A DNA stretch of 64,000 bases from the NCBI GenBank assembly GCA_017625915.1, contig JAGAJV010000038.1:5471-69470 (forward strand), written 5' to 3'. Source of the stretch: Clostridia bacterium (lineage in GTDB: Bacteria > Bacillota > Clostridia > Oscillospirales > CAG-272). Both the position numbers and the translations under genes were made by a program. Under the pieces are notes generated by a model. That model was given only the letters and a program-made list of their open reading frames with translations. It was not told the DNA's origin and made no database searches. Below are positions 9,426-20,105 of this stretch, piece by piece; position 1 is the first letter of the stretch; each line of letters opens with the position of its first letter.

Positions 9426-11657
9426 ATGAATATTAATAAAATTTCAACGAAAATGATGAAAAGAGCAATAATTCTTTTAATATCATTTTCTCTAGCTTGT
9501 ATTTTAATTGTAGTTGCATTATTCAAACTACAAATATTAGGATATGATGGTTATCAAAATGATGTTTTAGACCAGCTTACAGTCGAAACAAAGGTAAATC
9601 CCTTAAGAGGAAATATTATTGACAGAAACGGAACTGTTTTAGCAACCAATAAAACGGTATGGGTATTATATTTACTACCAAGAAATATAGAAAACCCTGA
9701 ATTTATAGCTAAAAATGTTTCAGAAATAACAGGCGTAAAATATGAAACGGTTTTAGATAAAGCTAAAAAAACTGGCTATAAATATCAAATTATACATAAA
9801 TCACTTGATAAGGACACTACAAACAAGATAAGAGAGTTTATTGATAAGAATAACTTAACGGAGCAAATTCAGCTTAACGCAAGTGCCAAGAGGTATTATC
9901 CATATACGAATTTAGCTGCACACACATTAGGGTTTGTAAATGCTGATGGGATAGGAATTTATGGGCTTGAAAGAGTATATAATAACATCTTAGAGGGAAC
10001 AAGCGGAAAATATATAACTGCACAAAACGCCCAAAGTGGAGAAATGCCGTTTCAATACGAAAAATATATCGAGTCTGAGGATGGCTATAATCTTGTTTCT
10101 ACAATAGATTTATATATACAGTATCAGCTAGAATCACAGTTAGAGCTTGCTGCAGTTGAGTCTGGTGCGCAAAATAGGGCTGCTGGCATTGTAATGAATC
10201 CGAAAACAGGCGAAATTTATGCAATGGCAGTTTATCCTGATTTTGATTTAAATGAGCCATATATACTTGATAAATTATCACAAGCAAAATTAGATAATTA
10301 TGAAAAAGGAACTAAGGAATATAAAAACGAATATTTAAATCTACTATTTACCATGTGGAACAATAAAGCGGTAACAGAGCTTTATGAGCCGGGCTCAACA
10401 TTTAAGCTAATTACAACATCGGTTTCTTTACAAGAAGGGGTAGCAAACTTAAGCAACAGTTTTCATTGCTCTGGTTCACTTAAAATAGATGGTTTTTATA
10501 GAGCAATAAGCTGTCATAAAAGAACAGGGCACGGAACAGTTACCTTTGCTGAGGCATTACAGCAATCATGTAATCCTTCAATGATGACACTAGCATCAAG
10601 AATAGGTAAGGATAAATTTTATGAATATTTTAAAAGATTTGGATATGCAGGGAAAACAGGAATAGATTTACCATCAGAATCAAGTGGTTATTATCATAGT
10701 TATAATGATTTTTCAAATGTTTCATTAGCTGTTTATTCTTTTGGCCAAACCTTTAAAACTACACCTATTCAGCAACTCCGGGCAATAAGCGCAGTAGCTA
10801 ACGGTGGCTATTTGGTAACGCCTCATTTACTTAAGGAAATCGTAGATAATGAGGGTAATACTATATATAAATATAAGGAAGAAAAGGGAGAGCAAGTAAT
10901 CAGCGATGAGGTAAGTAAAACAATATCGCAAATATTAAAGGAAGGTGTTGATGGTGCTGGTGGTGCTAAAAATGCTTATGTGGCAGGCTATAGCATAGCT
11001 GCTAAAACAGGTACATCTGAAAAAAAGGATAAGTATGATGCTAGTGGTAACACATCGTATAGAGTTTCTTCGTGCGTTGCTTATGCTCCGTCAGAGGATG
11101 CACAGGTCGCAGTGATTATAATAGTTGATGAACCAAGCGTAGGTAGTAAATACGGTAGCGTTGTTGCTGCTCCATATGTATCAAATCTTATGGAGCTTAT
11201 TTTACCGTATTTAGGGATTAAGGCGACCTTTAACGAAGCTGATAAGGAGCACGAGCAAATAAAAGTACCAAATATAGATAATATGAGTGTAAGTGAAGCG
11301 ATAGAGCTTTTAAAAAATCAAGAAATTGAATATGAAATAATAGGTGACGGTGAATTTGTGACTGGTCAAATGCCAAAATCAAATAGTATAATTTACAAAA
11401 AAACAGGTAAAATTTTAATTTATACAAATGATAGCGCAACAACTCATAATCAAGTCCCTAATGTGGTTGGCAAAACAGCTGAGGAGGCAAACAAGATTTT
11501 AGCAAGTTATGGCTTTAATGTTAAAATAGAGGGCGCAACTAATTTTGCAGTAGGGCAAGGCGCATTTGTGACATCACAATTTCCTATGGCTGACACATCT
11601 TATGAGAAGGGCGAAGTTGTTACGATAACCATACTATATACTGACGAGAAGGATTAA
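9426..11657 (+). CDS. Class B penicillin-binding protein (FtsI/SpoVD-like) with C-terminal PASTA domains
   Basis: N-terminal TM; STFK, SCN and KTGT active-site motifs; two PASTA-like C-terminal repeats (VPNIDNMSVSEA..., VPNVVGKTAEEA...). Confidence 0.9.
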   Translation: MNINKISTKMMKRAIILLISFSLACILIVVALFKLQILGYDGYQNDVLDQLTVETKVNPLRGNIIDRNGTVLATNKTVWVLYLLPRNIENPEFIAKNVSEITGVKYETVLDKAKKTGYKYQIIHKSLDKDTTNKIREFIDKNNLTEQIQLNASAKRYYPYTNLAAHTLGFVNADGIGIYGLERVYNNILEGTSGKYITAQNAQSGEMPFQYEKYIESEDGYNLVSTIDLYIQYQLESQLELAAVESGAQNRAAGIVMNPKTGEIYAMAVYPDFDLNEPYILDKLSQAKLDNYEKGTKEYKNEYLNLLFTMWNNKAVTELYEPGSTFKLITTSVSLQEGVANLSNSFHCSGSLKIDGFYRAISCHKRTGHGTVTFAEALQQSCNPSMMTLASRIGKDKFYEYFKRFGYAGKTGIDLPSESSGYYHSYNDFSNVSLAVYSFGQTFKTTPIQQLRAISAVANGGYLVTPHLLKEIVDNEGNTIYKYKEEKGEQVISDEVSKTISQILKEGVDGAGGAKNAYVAGYSIAAKTGTSEKKDKYDASGNTSYRVSSCVAYAPSEDAQVAVIIIVDEPSVGSKYGSVVAAPYVSNLMELILPYLGIKATFNEADKEHEQIKVPNIDNMSVSEAIELLKNQEIEYEIIGDGEFVTGQMPKSNSIIYKKTGKILIYTNDSATTHNQVPNVVGKTAEEANKILASYGFNVKIEGATNFAVGQGAFVTSQFPMADTSYEKGEVVTITILYTDEKD

Positions 11658-11658
11658 T

Positions 11659-13119
11659 ATGAAGCTTTATGAATTACTAAAGGATGTAAAAATAAAGTGC
11701 TTTAATGTTGATTTAAATATTGAAATAAACAAAATAGTATCAGATTCAAGATGTGTAAATAAAGGAGATATATTTGTTGCTATAAATGGAGAAAAAAGGG
11801 ACGGAAATAATTATATAAATGAAGCCATAAATAATGGCGCAACTATTATAATTTCAGATAAAAGCAATACCAACTTTAATATACCATATATATATGTGCA
11901 AAATGCCAGAGAAGCGTTGTCTAAAATGTGGAGTGCATATTACAATAATCCAACAAAGGACTTAAGGGTAATAGCTATTACAGGAACAAATGGAAAAACC
12001 TCTAGTGCTTATATTTTATATTCGATTTTACGAAAAGCTAATAAAAGCTGTGGATTGATTTCTACAATAGAATGTCTAATTAATGATAGTGTATGTGAAA
12101 CAAATGGCGGATCTGAGGTAAGTGATATTCCATCATCAATGACAACACCAGATCCGGCCGTACTATATAGCCTTTTTTATAAAATGAAAGTGAAGGGCGT
12201 TGAATATGTGGTAATGGAAGCATCCTCTCATGCATTAAATCAGTGTAAGCTATCTGGTGCCAATATTTATATAGGAGCATTTACCAATTTTTCGCCAGAG
12301 CATTTAGATTATCATAAAAATCTAAATCATTATTTTGAAAGTAAAAAAAATTTGTTTAAAATGTGTAAAAAAAGCATAATAAATATAGATGATGAATATG
12401 GTCAAAAAATTAAAAAAGAGTTTCCAAAGGCGTATACTGTTTCTTTAAAATCAAAAACTGACTTTTGTGCAGATTATATAGAATTCAAAGACACAGGTTG
12501 TAGTATTTCAGCTAACTTTCAAGGGGAAAATATAGAACTATCAACAAGCCTTTGTGGCAAATTTGTGCCAAACAATGTAATGCTTGCAGCATCATGTGCG
12601 AAATTATTAAACATCGGTAGCGAAGCTATAAAATTGGGCGTTTTATCGTGTGAAAATATATGTGGTCGACTAGAAAGAATAAAAAATAATATTTATATTG
12701 ATTATGCGCACACACCTGAGGCTATGAAAAATGTTATTTTATCAATAAAATCAATTTTTAGGAATAAACGAATAATAGCATTGTTTGGTTGCGGCGGTGA
12801 CAGGGATAAAAGCAAAAGAGCTATAATGGGAAAAATTGCATCAAAGCATTGTGATGAAATAATTATCACATCAGATAATGCAAGAACAGAGGAGCCAATT
12901 GATATCATAAAAGATATAATTGTTGGAGTAGATAAATATAAGCCTCACTATATAATACCAAATAGAAAAGAGGCTATAATATTCGCTACAAGAAAGCTTA
13001 ATGATAACGAAATTCTGCTATTACTTGGCAAAGGACACGAAAAATACGAAATTGATAAAACAGGTAAGCACTATTTTAATGAAAGAGAAATTGTTGAGGA
13101 AGCATTAAAAAATGTATAA
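11659..13119 (+). CDS. murE: UDP-N-acetylmuramoyl-tripeptide synthetase
   Basis: GTNGKTS P-loop, Mur ligase architecture, SDNARTEEP (variant of the DNPR motif with Arg retained). Confidence 0.9.
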   Translation: MKLYELLKDVKIKCFNVDLNIEINKIVSDSRCVNKGDIFVAINGEKRDGNNYINEAINNGATIIISDKSNTNFNIPYIYVQNAREALSKMWSAYYNNPTKDLRVIAITGTNGKTSSAYILYSILRKANKSCGLISTIECLINDSVCETNGGSEVSDIPSSMTTPDPAVLYSLFYKMKVKGVEYVVMEASSHALNQCKLSGANIYIGAFTNFSPEHLDYHKNLNHYFESKKNLFKMCKKSIINIDDEYGQKIKKEFPKAYTVSLKSKTDFCADYIEFKDTGCSISANFQGENIELSTSLCGKFVPNNVMLAASCAKLLNIGSEAIKLGVLSCENICGRLERIKNNIYIDYAHTPEAMKNVILSIKSIFRNKRIIALFGCGGDRDKSKRAIMGKIASKHCDEIIITSDNARTEEPIDIIKDIIVGVDKYKPHYIIPNRKEAIIFATRKLNDNEILLLLGKGHEKYEIDKTGKHYFNEREIVEEALKNV

Positions 13120-14449
13120 AATTCCAAATACTACTAGTAAGGAAATAGCAAAAATACTAAAAAATCGTCTATTTGGTAATAATGATGTTATAGAATACAT
13201 TTCTACTGACACAAGAGAGAATTTTTATAATAATACTTGTTATGTCGCGTTAAAGGGTAGTAGTTTTAACGGTAACGAATTTATAGATGATGCTATTAAG
13301 AAAAAATGTAGACTTGTAATCACCGATAAATATATAAATTCTAAAATACCAATAATTGTTGTTAATGACACTAAAAAAGCATTTGGCTTGCTTGCTAAAG
13401 CTTTTAGTCAAAAAACAAATGTAATAGGAATAACTGGTAGTGTTGGCAAAACTACGGTAAAGGAAATGCTAGCCTTAGTTTTAAAGGAAAAGTATAGTGT
13501 TTTAAGCACCTATAAAAATGAAAATAATGAAATAGGAGTTGCTAAAACTCTATTATCAGTAGAAAATAACGACTATTGCGTTGTTGAAATGGGAATGAGG
13601 TCTCAAGGAGAAATAGCTTGGTTATCGTATATAGCACAGCCAAATATTTCAATTATTACAAATTGTGGCACATCACATTTAGAAATGCTAGGAAGCGAAG
13701 AGAATATTTTTAAAGCAAAAACAGAGATAATTAATAACACTAAAAAATACGTAATAATACCATACGAAAAAAGATTTATAACATATAGCTATCAAAATGT
13801 TGAGCCTATTTTTATTGGAAGAGATATTGAATATTTTAATGTGTGCTACTATGAGAATGGGCTAAAATTTTCAATAAAATACAAGAATATTACAATAAAT
13901 GATATTGAGCTTTGCACTTTTAATATTAACAATGTGCATAATGCATTGTTTGCTATCGTAGTGGGAGTAATATGTGGTTTATCTAACGAGCAAATTAAGC
14001 AAGGACTACGGAAATATAAGGGGGAAAATATGCATGAGGAAACAACTCAAATAAAAGGCATTACAATAATTAAGGATTGTTACAATGCCTCATATGAAAG
14101 TGTAAAGGGTGCAATTTTCTCTCTAAAAAAATATGCAGAAATTAAAAATTTAACACCATATTTATTGCTTGGCGATATGCTTGAAATCGGGGAGACCTCA
14201 CAAGAATATCACTATAGAATAGGTGAGCTAGCTAAGGATTTAGGCATTAAAAATTTATTTGCAATTGGCAAATACGCAAAATATCTTACAGATGGATATT
14301 CTGGTGGAATAATTTGTAATGATAAAAAAGAAATGGCGAAAATTATAATGAACCGTCTTAATGAAAATGATGTAATTTTAGTTAAAGCTAGTAGAGCATT
14401 AAAGCTTGAAAAAATTGTTGAAGAAATGAAAGAGATAAAAAATGAATAA
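13112..14449 (+). CDS. murF: UDP-N-acetylmuramoyl-tripeptide--D-alanyl-D-alanine ligase
   Basis: GITGSVGKTT P-loop, Mur ligase length, position after murE (8-nt overlap). Confidence 0.88.
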   Translation: MYKIPNTTSKEIAKILKNRLFGNNDVIEYISTDTRENFYNNTCYVALKGSSFNGNEFIDDAIKKKCRLVITDKYINSKIPIIVVNDTKKAFGLLAKAFSQKTNVIGITGSVGKTTVKEMLALVLKEKYSVLSTYKNENNEIGVAKTLLSVENNDYCVVEMGMRSQGEIAWLSYIAQPNISIITNCGTSHLEMLGSEENIFKAKTEIINNTKKYVIIPYEKRFITYSYQNVEPIFIGRDIEYFNVCYYENGLKFSIKYKNITINDIELCTFNINNVHNALFAIVVGVICGLSNEQIKQGLRKYKGENMHEETTQIKGITIIKDCYNASYESVKGAIFSLKKYAEIKNLTPYLLLGDMLEIGETSQEYHYRIGELAKDLGIKNLFAIGKYAKYLTDGYSGGIICNDKKEMAKIIMNRLNENDVILVKASRALKLEKIVEEMKEIKNE

Positions 14450-15443
14450 GCTATATGTTTTTTTAACCTGCTTTTTAATAACAATAACATTAACTATTGT
14501 AATTTTAATAAAATTAATTCCTTATTTAAAATCTAAAAAAATTGGGCAAAAAATACTTGAAATAGGACCAAGGTGGCATAAAAACAAGGAGGGAACACCA
14601 ACTATGGGTGGACTTTCCTTTATAATAGCAAGCGTTTTGGCATTAGTTATTACGATTATTACGTTTTATAAGCATTTTGTAATTAAGGATCTTGTTTTGT
14701 TAATTAATATTTTTTGCTTCGCAATTTTAAACGCACTAATTGGCCTGATTGACGATATTGCAAAAATGCGTAAAGCTAAAAACGAAGGATTGACACCTAA
14801 AATGAAATTTTTATATCAATCTATTGTAGCAATCCTATTTTTATCATCATTAAATTTTACTTACGGAATTAACACAAGCTTATATATACCTTTTTTCAAT
14901 GTAAATATAGAATTAGGAATATTGTATTATGCATTAGCTTATTTATTACTTTGTGGTGTTGTAAATAGCGTTAATCTAACTGATGGATTAGATGGCTTAG
15001 CATCATCAGTTTCTTTAACCGTAGGCTTATTTATTGCCTTTGTATCATTTACGGCTACGGATAGCTTAACTGCCACTGTCATTGGGGCTGTATTATTAGG
15101 CTCAACTATAGGCTTTTTAACATTCAACTTGTATCCCGCAAGGATATTCATGGGTGATACCGGATCGCTGTTTTTAGGGGCTATAGTAGTTGCGTTTTCT
15201 TTTGTAATTAATAATCCGCTATTGGTTTTGATATATGGATTTGTGTTTATAATTGAAGCATTATCAGATATTCTACAGGTTGGATATTTTAAACTATCTC
15301 ACGGAAAGAGAATCTTTAAAATGGCCCCCTTGCATCATCATTTTGAAAAAAGTGGATTAAGCGAAATAAAAATTGTTGTTTTATTTACATTAGTTAATGC
15401 ATTCTTTTGCGTTATTGCATATTTAGGTTTAGGTAATTTATGA
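14442..15443 (+). CDS. mraY: Phospho-N-acetylmuramoyl-pentapeptide transferase
   Basis: Polytopic membrane protein with NSVNLTDGLDGLA, MGDTGSLFLG and PLHHHFE motifs. Confidence 0.92.
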   Translation: MNKLYVFLTCFLITITLTIVILIKLIPYLKSKKIGQKILEIGPRWHKNKEGTPTMGGLSFIIASVLALVITIITFYKHFVIKDLVLLINIFCFAILNALIGLIDDIAKMRKAKNEGLTPKMKFLYQSIVAILFLSSLNFTYGINTSLYIPFFNVNIELGILYYALAYLLLCGVVNSVNLTDGLDGLASSVSLTVGLFIAFVSFTATDSLTATVIGAVLLGSTIGFLTFNLYPARIFMGDTGSLFLGAIVVAFSFVINNPLLVLIYGFVFIIEALSDILQVGYFKLSHGKRIFKMAPLHHHFEKSGLSEIKIVVLFTLVNAFFCVIAYLGLGNL

Positions 15444-16582
15444 AAACTGAATTATATAATAAAAATGCAGAAAAAATAAAGAAAAAGCTGCCGCCTATTG
15501 ATTTTAAATTACTAATGCTTTTAAGTATAATTTTAACATTAGGAACACTAATGATTTTTAGTGCGAGCTATCCTTATGCACAATCACATTATAATGATGG
15601 TGCATATTACATAAAAAGACAGATTATATTTTTAATTATCGGATTAATTGTAATGCTTGTTACATCAAGATTGCCAATTAATCTATATAAAAAAACATCA
15701 GTAGGATTTTATGTTACTTGCTTTGTTTTACTTGTTATAGTTTTATTTGGTGGCTTTTCTGAGGGCGTTGCAAAAAGATGGTTGGGAATACCAGGCACAC
15801 CGCTATCCTTTCAGCCGTCTGAGCTTATGAAGCTTGGTATTATACTGATTTTAAGCTGGTATATAAGTAAAAATCAAGATTGTAAAAAAACACTTTTAAA
15901 GGAAATAGTATTTCCAGGGATATTTTTATTTGGTGCGTGTGGTCTGGTTTTGCTTGAAAAGCATTTGTCAGGTACAATTATTATAGCTTTAATAGGTTTA
16001 TGTGTTTTGTTTATTGGTGGTACGTCTATTAAAAAAATGTCGCTTGTATATGGCTTGACAGCTTTAGCAGGTGGTGTATTATTTTTACTTACAAATAGCT
16101 ATGCTATGAAGCTAATAGAGTCATTTTTAAACCCCAACGCTGATATGTTAAGTGATAAGTGGCAAACGACCCAGGGCTTATACGCTATAGGCTCGGGCGG
16201 ACTCTTTGGACTAGGCTATACTAATAGCAGGCAAAAATATAGTTATGTATCTGAACCACAAAACGATTTTATATTTACTATTTGGTGTGAAGAAATGGGC
16301 TTTATTGGCGCAGTTATATTAATTACACTATTTTTGCTTCTAATTAGAAGAGGCTATAAAATAGCATTTAATGCAAGCGATACCTTTTCTTCCTTGGTCG
16401 CTTTTGGAATTACAAGTCAAATAGCTATACAGGTTTTACTAAATATGGCTGTTGTAACTGATTTAATTCCTAATACAGGAATATCATTACCCTTTTTTTC
16501 TTATGGAGGTAGCTCTTTAGTTATTTTGTTAGCAGAAATGGGAATACTATTTTCAATTTCAAGATATTCTAGACAGATTTGA
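15440..16582 (+). CDS. ftsW: SEDS family peptidoglycan polymerase (FtsW/SpoVE)
   Basis: About 10 TM segments, QPSELMK and LPFFSYGGSS motifs. Its ATGA overlap with the mraY stop leaves no room for murD. Confidence 0.85.
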   Translation: MKTELYNKNAEKIKKKLPPIDFKLLMLLSIILTLGTLMIFSASYPYAQSHYNDGAYYIKRQIIFLIIGLIVMLVTSRLPINLYKKTSVGFYVTCFVLLVIVLFGGFSEGVAKRWLGIPGTPLSFQPSELMKLGIILILSWYISKNQDCKKTLLKEIVFPGIFLFGACGLVLLEKHLSGTIIIALIGLCVLFIGGTSIKKMSLVYGLTALAGGVLFLLTNSYAMKLIESFLNPNADMLSDKWQTTQGLYAIGSGGLFGLGYTNSRQKYSYVSEPQNDFIFTIWCEEMGFIGAVILITLFLLLIRRGYKIAFNASDTFSSLVAFGITSQIAIQVLLNMAVVTDLIPNTGISLPFFSYGGSSLVILLAEMGILFSISRYSRQI

Positions 16583-16589
16583 GGTTAAT

Positions 16590-17675
16590 ATGAGAATTTT
16601 ATTTTGTGGTGGTGGCACAGCAGGGCATGTATATCCTAATATAGCTATTGCCGAAACCTTTTTAAGAAATGAACCAAATACTAGACTTGCTTATGTAACA
16701 ACTGTAAACGGAATTGAAAATGAATTAATCACTTTTAAAAAGTATCAGATTGATGTAATAGGCTTGAAAAGAGCAATATCATTGAAAAACATAAAATGCT
16801 TAAGGCTTCTTTTAAAAGGAATAAATGAAAGCAAGAAAATAATCAAGGAGTATCAGCCGGATATTATAGTAGGGACAGGTGGATATGCGACATTCCCGGT
16901 AATTTATGCAGGGCATAAGCTAGGAATAAAAACTGTGATGCACGAATCCAATCTGATTCCTGGAAAAGCAATAAAAAGTCTTGAAAAAATGGTTAATAAA
17001 ATTTTCGTAAATTTTGAGGAAAGCAAGAATTACTTTAAATGTAAAGACAAGGTTATACGAACAGGTAATCCATTAAGACAAGGGTATTATACTATTGATA
17101 AAAATGAAGCACGAAATAATCTAAGTATTAAGGAAAAGTATGTCATTTTGTGCTTTGGTGGCTCTCTTGGCGCCACTAAAATTAATGAGTCTGTAATAGA
17201 ATTAATTGATAATTTTATAAAATATAGAGATGATATTTTACTAATTTGGGCAACAGGCAAAAAAGAATATAACGAAATGCAAAAAAGAGTAAAGAAAAAA
17301 GGCTTTGACAAAATTAAAAACATTAGAATTAATGATTATATAAGCAACATGCCAGAGGTTTTAGCATCTAGCGATATAGTAATATGTCGTGCAGGAGCTA
17401 TGTCAATATCCGAGGTTGCATTGTGTGGTAAATGTACTATATTTATTCCATCTCCTAATGTAACAAATAACCATCAGTACAAAAACGCAAAAGCGCTCTT
17501 TGATAAAGGATGTGCTAGCTTAATAACAGAGGATAAGCTATATAGGTTAACAGATGAGGTAAGGGAAATATTAGATAATGATACAAAAAGAGGTCAAATG
17601 GAAGAAGGAATAAGAAAATTTGCAAAAGACGATGCCAATAAAAAAATATATAAAGAGATTCTAAGTATAATATAA
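16590..17675 (+). CDS. murG: UDP-GlcNAc:lipid I N-acetylglucosaminyltransferase
   Basis: GGGTAGHVYP N-terminus, GT28 architecture, dcw position. Confidence 0.9.
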   Translation: MRILFCGGGTAGHVYPNIAIAETFLRNEPNTRLAYVTTVNGIENELITFKKYQIDVIGLKRAISLKNIKCLRLLLKGINESKKIIKEYQPDIIVGTGGYATFPVIYAGHKLGIKTVMHESNLIPGKAIKSLEKMVNKIFVNFEESKNYFKCKDKVIRTGNPLRQGYYTIDKNEARNNLSIKEKYVILCFGGSLGATKINESVIELIDNFIKYRDDILLIWATGKKEYNEMQKRVKKKGFDKIKNIRINDYISNMPEVLASSDIVICRAGAMSISEVALCGKCTIFIPSPNVTNNHQYKNAKALFDKGCASLITEDKLYRLTDEVREILDNDTKRGQMEEGIRKFAKDDANKKIYKEILSII

Positions 17676-17744
17676 ATAAAATATACTTGATTTTATACTT
17701 TTCTTATGTTACAATCAAATCGTATAAAAACAAAGGAGAAAAGT

Positions 17745-19982
17745 ATGAGAAATAGTTTAAAAATAATTTTATTTGCTGTAATTTTAGCAATAATTGCTAT
17801 TTTTGCAGTGTCCTGTGGTGATGATGGAGTTTATACATCGATAGAAACACCAAACCTTGAATATAGCGACGGAGCATATTCCCTAAAGGTTTCATCCGAT
17901 GTTTCTACATTTGATTTATCATCATTGTTTACGGTTTCTGAAAATGCAACTTTCGTTATTTCAGATAATGAGAGCTTTGACAAAACAGTAAATAGTGAGG
18001 TTGTTTTATCGAATGGAAGCAACAAATATTATGTAAAGGTAACTGACAAAAATAAAAACGAGGTAGTGTATAAATTTATTATTATCAGAAGCAAGCTTTA
18101 CAATGTTACCTTTAATACAAACGGCGGTAGCGAAGTGCCTGTAATCCAGTGCGAGGAGGGCAGAATTTTAGAGGCGCCTGTTTCACTAAAGCCAGGTTAT
18201 ACATTAAGCTGGGATTATGATTTTACAAAAGCAATTAATTCTGATGTTACTATAAATGCTATATGGACAGCAAATAAGTATAATATCACAATTGAAGGAA
18301 CTGATACCATAGTTGAGGTTGTGTTTGGCGAAAATCCAGTCCTAACCATTCCAAAAAAGGCTGGTTACAAATTTACTGAATGGCAATATAATGGTGCGAC
18401 CTTTGATGCTACACAAAGTTATAATATTGATAGCGATATTACAATTAAACCAGTATATGAGATCCAAAAGTATTCGATTAATTATATCACAATAGGTGGA
18501 GAAAACACCAACCCATTAACCTATACTGTTGAGGATGAGATTATTTTTAAAGAATTAACATGGGCTACAAGTGATACTGATACAGTAATTCATGAATTTG
18601 CAGGTTGGTTTAAGGATGCGGATTTCAAGGAGCCTTTTGAAAAAATAGAAAAGGGTACTACTGAAAGCATTGATGTATATGCAAAATGGATTATAACTGA
18701 TATCCCAGAAGAAAAAATAGAAACAACAATTACCTTTAATGCGCCTGACTATGATTGTAACAGTACAACTAAGGTGGTTGTAGTTGGCGACGAATATACT
18801 TTACCTAAGCTTGAAAAGAACGGATATATCTTTACCGGATGGCAAACCGAGGATGGTGCAATTGTAGTACAGTCAACAGGTGTGTGGGCTATTGAGTTTG
18901 ATACAATAACATTAATTCCATGCTGGACAAAAAGAGCATATTCCATCACTTATATTTTAAATGGTGGAGTAAATAATAGCGAGAATGTTGATACTTACTA
19001 TATTACGGATAATGTTACATTATTTAGCCCTGAAAAGCAATATTCTAGCTTTGGTGGTTGGTACACTGATGAAAAGCTAGAAAATGCTATCACAGAAATC
19101 ACTGAAGGAACATATGGAGATCTAATCTTATATGCGAAATGGGATGAAATTAAGGTAACTATTACTTATAATGCAAATGGTGGACAAATATCACAAGAAA
19201 CACAAACTGTAGTTTTAGGAAGCAATTATACATTGATTGCCCCTGTAAGGCTTGGTTATAAATTTGACGGTTGGTTTAATGAGGATGGATTATTATTTGA
19301 GTTTAGTGGAATACTTGAAAACGAAAGTGTTACCTCATTAACTGCAAAATGGAGTCTTGAAACATATACTGTTGAATATAATCTTAATGGTGGAAATGCA
19401 ACAGGATTAAAGGAAAGCTATACTATAAATGATACATTTGCACTACCAATTCCTACTAAAGATAATAAAATATTCCTCGGGTGGTCAGTAAATAATGGTC
19501 CAATCGTAAAGAATATGGTTTTAGTAAAGGGAAGTGTTGGTAATCGTGTTTATGTCGCGCATTGGTGTGATAAGGAAGCAGAAAATGGAGTAGTATATTC
19601 TATTTCTAATGGGGTTGCTACAGTTGTTGGATATAAGGGTGTTGTTGGTAAAAATGTTACTATTCCAGCAGAATACAATGGATGTACTGTAGTCGCTATT
19701 GGGAATAACGCATTTAGTGGCTATGGTATTGAGCTTGAAAAGGTTTCCTCAGGCTCTAACTTTACAACATTCGTAATTCCGAATACAATTACAAGAATTG
19801 GCGCAAATGCATTTACCGAATGTGATGATTTAAAGATTCAGCTTGCAAATGCAGATGAGGACGAAATTAATGCTTGGGCAGAAAAGGTAGTTGTTGAAAG
19901 TGGTAACGACCATGTTCTTGATGTTATTAGAGGCAAGCGTCCTGCAATTGGCTGGAAGGTTTACTATAAGCCTGAAGCATAA
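17745..19982 (+). CDS. Surface lipoprotein with seven Flg_new (Listeria-Bacteroides) repeats and a C-terminal BspA-type LRR region
   Basis: Start at Met14 of the track ORF after AAAGGAGAA. Lipobox FAVSC. Seven ~70-aa repeats of the Y.V.F..NGG....GY.F.GW type. C-terminus NAFSG...IPNTITRIGANAFTEC. Own promoter TTGATT-17-TGTTACAAT. Confidence 0.8.
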   Translation: MRNSLKIILFAVILAIIAIFAVSCGDDGVYTSIETPNLEYSDGAYSLKVSSDVSTFDLSSLFTVSENATFVISDNESFDKTVNSEVVLSNGSNKYYVKVTDKNKNEVVYKFIIIRSKLYNVTFNTNGGSEVPVIQCEEGRILEAPVSLKPGYTLSWDYDFTKAINSDVTINAIWTANKYNITIEGTDTIVEVVFGENPVLTIPKKAGYKFTEWQYNGATFDATQSYNIDSDITIKPVYEIQKYSINYITIGGENTNPLTYTVEDEIIFKELTWATSDTDTVIHEFAGWFKDADFKEPFEKIEKGTTESIDVYAKWIITDIPEEKIETTITFNAPDYDCNSTTKVVVVGDEYTLPKLEKNGYIFTGWQTEDGAIVVQSTGVWAIEFDTITLIPCWTKRAYSITYILNGGVNNSENVDTYYITDNVTLFSPEKQYSSFGGWYTDEKLENAITEITEGTYGDLILYAKWDEIKVTITYNANGGQISQETQTVVLGSNYTLIAPVRLGYKFDGWFNEDGLLFEFSGILENESVTSLTAKWSLETYTVEYNLNGGNATGLKESYTINDTFALPIPTKDNKIFLGWSVNNGPIVKNMVLVKGSVGNRVYVAHWCDKEAENGVVYSISNGVATVVGYKGVVGKNVTIPAEYNGCTVVAIGNNAFSGYGIELEKVSSGSNFTTFVIPNTITRIGANAFTECDDLKIQLANADEDEINAWAEKVVVESGNDHVLDVIRGKRPAIGWKVYYKPEA

Positions 19983-19989
19983 TAAATTA

Positions 19990-20019
19990 ATCGCTACTTA
20001 TTTGACAGTAGCGATTTTT
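19990..20019 (+). terminator. Intrinsic terminator
   Basis: ATCGCTACT...AGTAGCGAT hairpin followed by TTTTT. Confidence 0.75.
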
Positions 20020-20105
20020 GTTTATAAATAGTTTTCATTTAAGTTTTATCATATAATTGAAAAATATTATGGCTTATGGTAAAATATAATAAAGGAGATG
20101 ATTTT

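Noticed and set aside
9104-9526. 140-aa minus-strand ORF spanning the ftsL-slot gene, the hairpin and the PBP start
   Set aside because: It crosses a terminator hairpin and two well-supported plus-strand genes. It is an AT-rich shadow ORF.
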